In this document: positions 8,226-16,426 of the stretch, in pieces
Numbering within the stretch: position 1 is the stretch's first letter
Layout of the letters: each line of letters opens with the position of its first letter
DNA from: an uncultured Candidatus Saccharibacteria bacterium
GTDB taxonomy: Bacteria; Patescibacteriota; Saccharimonadia; Saccharimonadales; CAYLGV01
Reading direction: 5' to 3'
Length of the DNA: 41,887 bases
Assembly (NCBI GenBank): GCA_964383395.1
Contig: CAYLGV010000002.1
Location: forward strand, 1-41,887
Position numbers and translations under genes: made by a program
The notes under the pieces: model-generated
What the model was told of the DNA's origin: nothing
Databases searched by the model: none
What the model saw: the letters and a program-made list of their open reading frames with translations, nothing else

Positions 8226-9296
8226 ATGCAAAGAGTTAATGTCACGAAGACCTTCTTGCCGCCATACAAAGAATATGAAGAATACGTAAAAGAAATTTGG
8301 GCCTGTGACCAACTTACAAACCAAGGCCCATTGCTCCAAACTTTTGAAGCTGAAGTCAGTAAGTTGCTTGATGTCAGTAACCTCCACTTTGTAAGTAATG
8401 GCACTGTGGCGCTACAGCTTGCCATACGGGCTTTGGGCATTACTGAAGGTCAGATAATCACTACCCCATTTACTTATGTTGCAACAGTTTCCTCAATTCT
8501 TTGGGAGCGCTGCGAGCCAGTTTTTGTAGACATTGATCCACAGACACTATGCATTGACGCTGATAAAATCGAAGCTGCTATTACCTCAGAAACCAAAGCT
8601 ATTATGCCAGTCCATGTCTTTGGTATTCCTTGCGACGTAGAGAAAATTGAGACAATTGCCAAAAAGTATAATCTAAAAGTTATCTACGACGGTGCCCACG
8701 CATTTGGTGTAGATTACAAAGGTAAGTCTCTTTTGAGCCGTGGTGATGTATCAACTTGTAGCTTCCATGCCACAAAGCTTTTCCATACCGTTGAAGGTGG
8801 CTGCGTGATCGCCAGAGATGCATCGGTGAGCGCAGAAGTTGAACTCATGAAGCACTTTGGCCACGTCGGTGACGACCACTACACACTTGGTATCAATGCC
8901 AAAGCCTCGGAGCTCCACGCTGCCATGGGCCTCTGTAACCTAAAATACCTAGAAGCCAATATTGAAGAACGAAAGCGGCTCACCAAGCTATACGAATCAT
9001 TGCTTGGTGATAAGTTTGAACGTCCCGTCATACCAGTAGAAGTAACGTACAACTATAGTTATCTTCCTGTAATTTTCAAGAGTGAAGCTGAGCTAGTTGA
9101 AAAAACCAAAACACTTAATGAGCAAGGCATCTATCCGCGACGCTATTTTTACCCGTCGCTAAATACCCTAAGTTATGTGAAGAATAAGCAAGCTTGTCCG
9201 ATTTCCGAGGATATTGCCAGCCGTGTGCTTTGTTTACCGCTTTACATAGGACTTGATGACGAAATAATAACAAGGATATGTGAGATAATTACATGA
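8226..9296 (+). CDS. DegT/DnrJ/EryC1/StrS-family PLP-dependent sugar aminotransferase
   Basis: LTNQGPLLQTFE, SNGTVALQLA and the SFHATKLFHTVEGG lysine motif are present. 356 aa. Confidence 0.9.
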   Translation: MQRVNVTKTFLPPYKEYEEYVKEIWACDQLTNQGPLLQTFEAEVSKLLDVSNLHFVSNGTVALQLAIRALGITEGQIITTPFTYVATVSSILWERCEPVFVDIDPQTLCIDADKIEAAITSETKAIMPVHVFGIPCDVEKIETIAKKYNLKVIYDGAHAFGVDYKGKSLLSRGDVSTCSFHATKLFHTVEGGCVIARDASVSAEVELMKHFGHVGDDHYTLGINAKASELHAAMGLCNLKYLEANIEERKRLTKLYESLLGDKFERPVIPVEVTYNYSYLPVIFKSEAELVEKTKTLNEQGIYPRRYFYPSLNTLSYVKNKQACPISEDIASRVLCLPLYIGLDDEIITRICEIIT

Positions 9297-9940
9297 TGAA
9301 AACTAAAGTTGTGAACAAGCTAAAACAGACCAAGCGCCAAGCTGAATTGAATGCCCAAGTGCGCCGTTTAATGAAAAAGAATCCTAAAGGTGTCATGCTC
9401 AATGTTGGTTGTGGCACTGACTATAAAGACGGATGGATAAATATTGATAACAACATGGACCAGAATATTGAAGATGATAGGCTCGATCTTAACTGGGACT
9501 TGCGTAATCCGTTACCCATGAAGGATAACAGCGTTGATTTCATTTTTAATGAACACCTTGTTGAACACCTGACGGTACCAGAAGCCGAGATTATGCTTAA
9601 AGATTTTAAACGTGTCTTAAAGCCGGGTGGTGTCATGCGTATTGCTATGCCAGACCTTGAAACAGCCATCGAGCATTATTTAAACCTACCACTTGACAAA
9701 GACCCAGTAATTAAACGCTTTAATCTGGACTACATCAAGACCCGTGCCGAGCGTATTAACATGGCATTTAGGGCGTGGGGACACATGTGGTTGTATGACG
9801 CAGAAGAGTTACGACGTCGCTTAACTGACGTTGGCTTTACTAAGATAGTGCAGTGTAAGTTCGGTAAAAGTAAACATCCTGAGCTCTGTAAACTTGAAAC
9901 CAGGGATGAGTCAATTCTCATCATGGAGGTGACAAAGTGA
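9293..9940 (+). CDS. class I SAM-dependent methyltransferase
   Basis: MLNVGCGTDYKDGWINIDN is the SAM motif I. FNEHLVEHL and LKPGGVMRIAMP are also present. The ATGA start overlaps the upstream gene. Confidence 0.8.
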   Translation: MMKTKVVNKLKQTKRQAELNAQVRRLMKKNPKGVMLNVGCGTDYKDGWINIDNNMDQNIEDDRLDLNWDLRNPLPMKDNSVDFIFNEHLVEHLTVPEAEIMLKDFKRVLKPGGVMRIAMPDLETAIEHYLNLPLDKDPVIKRFNLDYIKTRAERINMAFRAWGHMWLYDAEELRRRLTDVGFTKIVQCKFGKSKHPELCKLETRDESILIMEVTK

Positions 9941-10638
9941 AAGTTGCAATTATGCAACCTTACTTTTTACCGTATATTGGTTATTGGCAACTTATAAGTT
10001 CAGTTGATGTGTTTGTTGTTTACGATAATATTCAATATACCAAAAAGGGCTGGTTCAACCGCAACCGTATGCTTGAAATAGACCATGATCGTTTGTTTAG
10101 CATTCCACTTAAGAAAGCATCAGATTATTTAGATGTCCGTGAGCGGGAACTAAGTGATGACAGTAAAAATGAAATTGGCAAGATACTGCGAGCCATCCAG
10201 GCTAATTACCGCAAAGCCCCTTATTACAATGATGCCTATCCGGTCATTGAAGCCTGTTTTTTATCAACTGAGAGTAACTTGTTTAATTACATACATCATT
10301 CAATAAAAGCTGTTTGTGAATATCTGGATATTACTACTGAGATTGTCATATCATCATCGGTTCATATTGATCACCAGTTAAAAGCCGAAGATAAGGTGAT
10401 GGCCATCTGTAAAGCACTAGGCGCTAATACATACATTAATGCCAGTGGCGGCAAGGAGCTGTATGACAAAGCTACTTTTACGGCTAATGGCTTACAGCTG
10501 CAATTTATCAATAGCGAGCCAATCGAGTACGATCAACTAGGCAGACCATTTGTGCCTTGGCTCTCAATTTTGGATATAATTATGTTTAATTCAAAAGACG
10601 AAGCAAAGTTGTTGCTTCAAAATTTCACACTGGAGTAA
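9937..10638 (+). CDS. WbqC-like family protein
   Basis: The N-terminus KVAIMQPYFLPYIGYWQLISSVDVFVVYDNIQYTKKGWFNRN matches my recollection of the WbqC family signature. The GTG start has a GGAGGTG SD and a GTGA overlap. Confidence 0.75.
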   Translation: MKVAIMQPYFLPYIGYWQLISSVDVFVVYDNIQYTKKGWFNRNRMLEIDHDRLFSIPLKKASDYLDVRERELSDDSKNEIGKILRAIQANYRKAPYYNDAYPVIEACFLSTESNLFNYIHHSIKAVCEYLDITTEIVISSSVHIDHQLKAEDKVMAICKALGANTYINASGGKELYDKATFTANGLQLQFINSEPIEYDQLGRPFVPWLSILDIIMFNSKDEAKLLLQNFTLE

Positions 10639-11384
10639 TGATGGCAAAAAAGAACCAACTCGACGACCACGTAAGAGCCTATGAGGGAAATCTTCTCTAT
10701 GACTTTGATAACGAAATTATTCTTAAGTGGTACGCTAAGCGCATTGCAGAAAGTATTAAACCAGAAGCTAGTCTACTGGAACTTGGACTTGGCTATGGTT
10801 ACACTTCAAATATTTTCTCGGAAATTGCCAAAGATCATGATGTGATCGAAGGTTCGCAACTAGTCATAGAAAACTTTAAAAAGAACTTCCCAGATTGCCC
10901 CGTTAACGTTATTGAATCGTTCTTTGAAACTTACGAAACTGATAAAAAGTACGATCTGATCGTGATGGGCTTTATTCTAGAACATGTTGATAATCCAGTG
11001 CAGGTACTCAAGCACTATAAAAAGTTCCTAAATTCTGGGGGAGGTATTTTTGCCACTGTTCCAAATGCTGAGGTGATGAATCGTAAACTTGGTAACATCA
11101 TGGGTGTTTTACCTAACATGCAAGTATTATCTGAGCATGACCATGTTCTTGGCCACAAGCGTTATTACACGATGGATTCATTTAAGGATGATGCTAAAAA
11201 AGCCGGCTACGAGGTATCGCGCATTGAAGGAATTTACCTAAAACCACTAACTACCAAACAACTGATTTCCCTGAACCTCGATCAGTCAGTTATTGATGCA
11301 CTGTGCGTACTAGGTGTTGAATACCCCGAACTATGCTGTGCTATGATGGCCGAGCTAAAATTGCCAAACGGGCAAACGGACTAA
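10638..11384 (+). CDS. class I SAM-dependent methyltransferase (paralogue of 14606..15346)
   Basis: LLELGLGYGYTS and DLIVMGFILEHVDNPVQVLK are present. The start overlaps the upstream stop (TAATG). Confidence 0.8.
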   Translation: MMAKKNQLDDHVRAYEGNLLYDFDNEIILKWYAKRIAESIKPEASLLELGLGYGYTSNIFSEIAKDHDVIEGSQLVIENFKKNFPDCPVNVIESFFETYETDKKYDLIVMGFILEHVDNPVQVLKHYKKFLNSGGGIFATVPNAEVMNRKLGNIMGVLPNMQVLSEHDHVLGHKRYYTMDSFKDDAKKAGYEVSRIEGIYLKPLTTKQLISLNLDQSVIDALCVLGVEYPELCCAMMAELKLPNGQTD

Positions 11385-11385
11385 T

Positions 11386-12681
11386 ATGGTAGAGAAAACA
11401 AAAGTATTAATTTTCCCTGCAGGTTCAGAAATAGCACATGATATCTTTAACTCACTACGATACAATTTGCATGTAGAATTATTTGCTGCTTCCGGTAAGC
11501 CTGATGATGCCCGTTTTTTATATGATGAGAAGCATTACGTAGAAGACGAATTACTATATGTAAACCATCCCGACTTCATTGCTAGCTTCAACAAGCTACT
11601 GATAAACAACAAGATTGATATGATCATGCCTACTCATGACACAATTACCTTATACTTGGTACAGCATGCAGCCGAGTTATCTGCCAAGGTCTTGTCGTCT
11701 GATTACGAAACGGCTTTGGTGGCTCGGCAAAAGAGCCGGACCTATGACCTGTTTAAAGACGATGGTATTTGTCCAGAAATTTATGAAGCTCCATTCGAGA
11801 ACCTATCATACCCTGTGTTTATAAAACCCGACCAAGGTCAAGGGGCTAAAAATACGGCACTTTGTGAGAACAGGGATCAACTAGACTATTACTTAGCCAA
11901 CTATGATGATTTGCTTGTTTGTGAATATTTGCCAGGCGATGAGTTGAGCGTAGATTGTTTTACTGATCGACACGGCAAGCTCCTGTTTGCGGGACCCCGC
12001 ACTCGCAACCGTGTGCAAATGGGCATCACCTTTCATTCGGCCAGTGTTGAAATAACCGATGAGATTCAGCATATTGCTGATCTCATCAACACTAAGCTAA
12101 AAATTCGCGGCGCATGGTTCTTCCAAATTAAAAAGGATAAAAATGGCACTTATAAGTTGCTAGAATTTGCTGTTAGACAGGCGAGCACGATGGGCTTGTA
12201 TCGCCAAGTTGGCGTTAACTTTGCATTGTTATCTATTTTTGACATGCAGAACTTGGATGTAAAGATTCTCAAGAATGACTATCCAATAGAACTTGAGCGT
12301 AGCTTATACAACCGCTACAAGAGCAGTTTTAGTTACGACACGGTTTATATAGACTTTGATGACTGTGTAGTAGTTAATGATACTGTGAATGAAGCTGCTA
12401 TTCGCTACCTGTACTACTGCAAACGAAAAAATAAGAAGGTAATTCTGCTTACCAAACACCGCTTTGATATTAACGCAACACTCGAGAAGTACTGTATTCA
12501 TACAGGCTTGTTTAACGAAATCGTTACAATTAGTGACAGTGAAGACAAAGCCCAGTCTATTACTGAGCCTAATGCTGTTTTTATAGATAACTATTTCTTT
12601 GATCGCGATCGTGTTATGCAAGAAAAAAATATCCCCGTATTTGACGTTGATGCTATTGAAGCTTTGATTGAAGAGTCTTAA
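11386..12681 (+). CDS. ATP-grasp ligase fused to a C-terminal HAD-like domain
   Basis: Residues 1 to about 300 have ATP-grasp organisation: PVFIKPDQGQGAKN, a CEYLPGDELSVDCF region and LLEFAVRQ. From residue 321 (nt 12346) the HAD motif I YIDFDDCVV appears, followed by VILLTKH and AVFIDNYFFD. Confidence 0.7.
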   Translation: MVEKTKVLIFPAGSEIAHDIFNSLRYNLHVELFAASGKPDDARFLYDEKHYVEDELLYVNHPDFIASFNKLLINNKIDMIMPTHDTITLYLVQHAAELSAKVLSSDYETALVARQKSRTYDLFKDDGICPEIYEAPFENLSYPVFIKPDQGQGAKNTALCENRDQLDYYLANYDDLLVCEYLPGDELSVDCFTDRHGKLLFAGPRTRNRVQMGITFHSASVEITDEIQHIADLINTKLKIRGAWFFQIKKDKNGTYKLLEFAVRQASTMGLYRQVGVNFALLSIFDMQNLDVKILKNDYPIELERSLYNRYKSSFSYDTVYIDFDDCVVVNDTVNEAAIRYLYYCKRKNKKVILLTKHRFDINATLEKYCIHTGLFNEIVTISDSEDKAQSITEPNAVFIDNYFFDRDRVMQEKNIPVFDVDAIEALIEES

Positions 12682-12685
12682 CAAA

Positions 12686-13648
12686 ATGTATACATGGAAA
12701 AAGCTCGGTCACGTATTTGATCCGACTAAAGCTGATGTCGGCAACTGGATGAAAGAATTTGCACAAACCCCATCAGTGCTTATTTATGATGACTACGTAC
12801 GCATTTATTTTTGCTGCCGCCCCTTACCTGTTGATGGTATGTACGTCAGCAATCTTGCATATGTTGATGTTGATAAAACTGACCTCACAAAAGTAGTCAA
12901 GGTTTCACCAAATCCACTAATAGAATTAGGTGCACTCGGAACATTTGATGAGTTCGGGGTATACCCAGCTTCAATCATTAAACACAATAATGACATCCGC
13001 GCCTACTATGGCGGCAATACACGCTGTCAGTCGGTACCTTTTAACGCCGCTATTGGCGTGGCAGTAAGTGAAGACAACGGCGAGACTTTTAAACGCATAG
13101 GTCCCGGTCCGGTGCTTTCCTATAGTCTTGACGAACCATTTACGCTGGGTAGCCCCAAGGTTCGTATGTTTAATAACATCTGGTATCTGTGGTATACAGC
13201 CGGTAAAAAGTGGGTAGAGCATAGTGGCAGCAAAGTGCCAGTTTATAAAATTCGCATGGCCATTTCCAAAGACGGTATCTCTTGGCAAAAGCATGGCAAA
13301 GATTTGCTGGAAAGTGTGTTAGAAGAAAATGAGTGCCAAGCCAGCGCTGATGTCACCTATGCCAATGGCAAGTATCACATGTTCTTCTCATATCGTTTTC
13401 ATACTGACTTTAAAGAAAAAGGCCGTGGCTACCGGATAGGTTATGCAGTTTCGGATGATCTAATAAACTGGACTCGGCAAGATGAAAAAGCTGGCATTAC
13501 CCCATCAGAAGAAGGGTGGGACTCAGAGTCGGTTAGCTATGCGCATGTCTTTGAGTATGACCAAAAAACCTATATGCTCTACCAAGGTAATTACATGGGC
13601 AAGTTTGGTTTTGGCTTGGCTGAATTGCAAGGGGAGCTAATACAATGA
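12686..13648 (+). CDS. cytoplasmic beta-propeller-like protein, paralogue A (GH43/32/130-superfamily-like; function unknown)
   Basis: Blade-like motifs recur: SKDGISWQKHG, SDDLINWTRQ, GTFDEFGVYP and GWDSESVSY. There is no signal peptide. The track start at 12668 is TTG; I prefer the ATG at 12686 (MYTWKKLGHVFDP), which aligns with the start of paralogue B. Confidence 0.8.
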   Translation: MYTWKKLGHVFDPTKADVGNWMKEFAQTPSVLIYDDYVRIYFCCRPLPVDGMYVSNLAYVDVDKTDLTKVVKVSPNPLIELGALGTFDEFGVYPASIIKHNNDIRAYYGGNTRCQSVPFNAAIGVAVSEDNGETFKRIGPGPVLSYSLDEPFTLGSPKVRMFNNIWYLWYTAGKKWVEHSGSKVPVYKIRMAISKDGISWQKHGKDLLESVLEENECQASADVTYANGKYHMFFSYRFHTDFKEKGRGYRIGYAVSDDLINWTRQDEKAGITPSEEGWDSESVSYAHVFEYDQKTYMLYQGNYMGKFGFGLAELQGELIQ

Positions 13649-14628
13649 TGAAATGGAATAAACTCGGCCATATTTTTGACCCTACCAAATATGATTTGCC
13701 AAATAATTGCCATGAATTTGCGCAGGCACCGCAAGCCTTGGTATTTGATGACTTTGTACGCATATATTTTTCTACTCGAGAAAAAGACGCTACCGGACAG
13801 TTTCTAAGCCACATTAGTTATGTTGAAATGAGCAAAGACTTTAAGCAAGTAAAAAACGTTGCATCTAAAGCCGTCTTGCCATTGGGTGAGCTGGGGACTT
13901 TTGACGAGCATGGTATATTCCCACTTAATATTCTTCACAAAGATGATGAGATCTATGGATACATCAGTGGGATTAGCCGCCGAGTTGCGGTTTCGGTAGA
14001 CGCCTCAATCGGTTTGGCCAAAAGCAAGGACAATGGTTTGACGTTTGAGCGTAATGGACCGGGCCCAATCCTAAGCTCGTCATTATATGAACCGTTCTTG
14101 GTTTGTGATCCTTTTGTTAAATACATAGGGGATATTTATCACATGTGGTACGTCTACGGGTTGGAGTGGATTCGTGAAGCCGAGCAAGATAAGGCACCAT
14201 CACGTGTATATAAAATTGGTCATGCAACATCTGCAGATGGTATTAATTGGGAGCGCGAAGGCAAACAAATTATTAGTGACAAGCTGAACGATGATGAGTG
14301 CCAGGCATTACCAACTGTCTTTGAATACGATGGCAAGTTCCATATGTATTTCTGCTATCGCCAATCGACAGACTTTAGGACGAATAGCAGTAATGGCTAC
14401 CGACTTGGCTACGCTTATTCTGATGATCTGGTAAATTGGACCAGAGCCGATGACCAAACGGGGATAGATGTGTCAGAAGAAGGTTGGGATTCCGAAATGA
14501 TGTGTTATCCGCACGCTTTTACCTGCGATAACAAGATATACTTACTATATAATGGGAATAACTTTGGAAAGAATGGTTTCGGCATTGCTGAGTTAATAGG
14601 AGGAAATGATGACCAAACGGGATTTTAA
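13645..14628 (+). CDS. cytoplasmic beta-propeller-like protein, paralogue B
   Basis: Collinear with 12686..13648 over its full length, for example WNKLGHIFDPTK, FAQAPQALVFDDFVRIYF, GELGTFDEHG, GPGPIL, VYKIGHATSADGINWE, GYRLGYAYSDDLVNWTR and EEGWDSE. Identity is roughly 40-50 percent by eye. The ATGA start overlaps the upstream gene. Confidence 0.85.
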   Translation: MMKWNKLGHIFDPTKYDLPNNCHEFAQAPQALVFDDFVRIYFSTREKDATGQFLSHISYVEMSKDFKQVKNVASKAVLPLGELGTFDEHGIFPLNILHKDDEIYGYISGISRRVAVSVDASIGLAKSKDNGLTFERNGPGPILSSSLYEPFLVCDPFVKYIGDIYHMWYVYGLEWIREAEQDKAPSRVYKIGHATSADGINWEREGKQIISDKLNDDECQALPTVFEYDGKFHMYFCYRQSTDFRTNSSNGYRLGYAYSDDLVNWTRADDQTGIDVSEEGWDSEMMCYPHAFTCDNKIYLLYNGNNFGKNGFGIAELIGGNDDQTGF

Positions 14629-15346
14629 CAAGGAATTTAACGATAACGTAGGCCGCAAATATTCCTACAATTTTGACTACGACGTCATGAATCCGTTTAT
14701 GATTAAGTCCTTCCATCCATTTTTTGTACCAGGCAAATTATTAGAACTTGGCAGCTTTAAAGGTGAGTTTACTAAGCGCTATCTACCATATTTTGACGAC
14801 GTAACTTGTGTTGAAGCTTCTGATGTTGCCGTTCAAGAGGCTAAGAAGCTGCATGGTGACAAAGTAAAGTTTGTTAACTCTATGTTTGAAGACGCTGACT
14901 TACCTGAAAAATATGAGAACATCGTTATGACACATGTTTTGGAACATGTTGATGACCCAGTAAAAGTTCTAAAACGCGTTAATGATGAATGGCTCGCCGA
15001 TGGTGGTAAGTTTTTCTTGGCTTGCCCAAATGCAAATGCACCCTCACGACAGATTGCGGTTAAGATGGGCTTAATCACACACAATGCTGCAGTTACACCA
15101 GCTGAAGAAGCCCATGGCCACCATGTCACCTATAGCTTGGACACTTTAGAGCGCGATGCTAAAGCAGCGGGCCTAAAGGTCGTGCACCGCTCAGGTGTAT
15201 TCTTTAAGGCCTTGGCTAATTTCCAGTGGGATAAACTGCTTAACACTGACATTGTTTCAGACGAATATCTCGAAGGCTGTTATCAACTAGGCCAACAGTA
15301 CCCTGATCTTTGCTCAACTATCTATTTGGTCTGCGAAAAAGGTTAA
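14606..15346 (+). CDS. class I SAM-dependent methyltransferase (paralogue of 10638..11384)
   Basis: LLELGSFKGEFT and NIVMTHVLEHVDDPVKVLK are present. A strong TAGGAGGA SD precedes ATG 14606. Confidence 0.8.
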   Translation: MMTKRDFNKEFNDNVGRKYSYNFDYDVMNPFMIKSFHPFFVPGKLLELGSFKGEFTKRYLPYFDDVTCVEASDVAVQEAKKLHGDKVKFVNSMFEDADLPEKYENIVMTHVLEHVDDPVKVLKRVNDEWLADGGKFFLACPNANAPSRQIAVKMGLITHNAAVTPAEEAHGHHVTYSLDTLERDAKAAGLKVVHRSGVFFKALANFQWDKLLNTDIVSDEYLEGCYQLGQQYPDLCSTIYLVCEKG

Positions 15347-15352
15347 AACCAC

Positions 15353-16426
15353 GTGAGCGAGCAACTTCTTACTGTTTGCCTGATTACGTACAACCACGCC
15401 AACTATATAGAGGAGGCACTCGATAGTATTTTGATGCAAGAAGTAGATGTACCGTGGGGGTTGGTCATTGCTGATGACTTTTCTACAGACGGGACTAGGA
15501 AGATACTAGAGCAGTACCAGAAGAAGCACCCAAAGTTAATCAAGCTCATTTTGCAAGACAAAAACTATGGTCCGCAAAAAAACTGGCTAGATTTAATGGC
15601 GGAGCCAAAATCAGAGTATGTACTGTATGCCGAAGGCGATGATTATTTTACTGATCCAAATAAGTTTCAAAAACAGATTGATTTTTTGGAGGCACACAAA
15701 GACTTTGCAATCTGTTTCCACCCAGTACGTGTGGTCTATGAAGGTATACAAAGACCTGATGAGATTTACCCATCATCCGCCCATCGCTTTGATAAAGAAG
15801 TGCTGGGTCTTGAAGACATCTTGACGCGTAACTTTATTCAAACCAATTCAGTTATGTACCGCTGGGGCTTCAATGACCAGGATATTAGGGATAATTTTCC
15901 TAAACAGATTTTTCCTGGTGACTGGTATTTACATATCCTCCATGCGCTCAACGGCAAGATAGGTTTTATTCCAGATGTGATGGCGGTTTACCGTCGTCAT
16001 ACTGACGGTGCGATGTGGGGATTACACACCGATAATGACAAATTTATGCTTAAGTACGGCGTAGATTGGCTTGGTATGCACGTTGCAGTTATGGAAGCCT
16101 GCCGAGATCGTAAAGAAGTAAAGAGGCTTGCCGAAGGTTCGGTTATCACCATGCTCAATACGATCGTTGCATTAGACCAAAAATACGGTGAGCATAAACT
16201 TTTAGAAGCTATTACACGCTTTCCCGAAGCCTTTGAATTATACACATATGATCTTAAAGATCAGGCAACACAATTAATTGAACATAGTGAAAAACAAGCA
16301 ACAATCATCCAACATTATGTAGACATGAGTAATGCATTAAAAGACGAAAACTTGATGATAAAGAACCGATCACTGGTAAAATTAGACAGCGCCATGAGAC
16401 GACACATAAAAAGGAGCAACAAGTAA
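15353..16426 (+). CDS. glycosyltransferase family 2 with a helical (coiled-coil-like) C-terminal tail
   Basis: LTVCLITYNHANYIEEALDSILMQ, VIADDFSTDGT and YAEGDDY (DxD) are present. The last 60 aa or so are heptad-like and charged. GTG start. Confidence 0.85.
   Translation: MSEQLLTVCLITYNHANYIEEALDSILMQEVDVPWGLVIADDFSTDGTRKILEQYQKKHPKLIKLILQDKNYGPQKNWLDLMAEPKSEYVLYAEGDDYFTDPNKFQKQIDFLEAHKDFAICFHPVRVVYEGIQRPDEIYPSSAHRFDKEVLGLEDILTRNFIQTNSVMYRWGFNDQDIRDNFPKQIFPGDWYLHILHALNGKIGFIPDVMAVYRRHTDGAMWGLHTDNDKFMLKYGVDWLGMHVAVMEACRDRKEVKRLAEGSVITMLNTIVALDQKYGEHKLLEAITRFPEAFELYTYDLKDQATQLIEHSEKQATIIQHYVDMSNALKDENLMIKNRSLVKLDSAMRRHIKRSNK

Noticed and set aside
12304-12684. Antisense and alternate-frame ORFs of 60-150 aa inside large genes. 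Examples are 12304..12684, 12971..13294, 17573..18022, 20466..20792, 26339..26689, 30539..30889, 33170..33592, 38594..38950 and 38947..39393.
   Set aside because: All are fully embedded in well-supported CDSs with clear family motifs. Their translations are low-complexity or Cys/Ser/Arg-rich, as is typical of non-coding frames.
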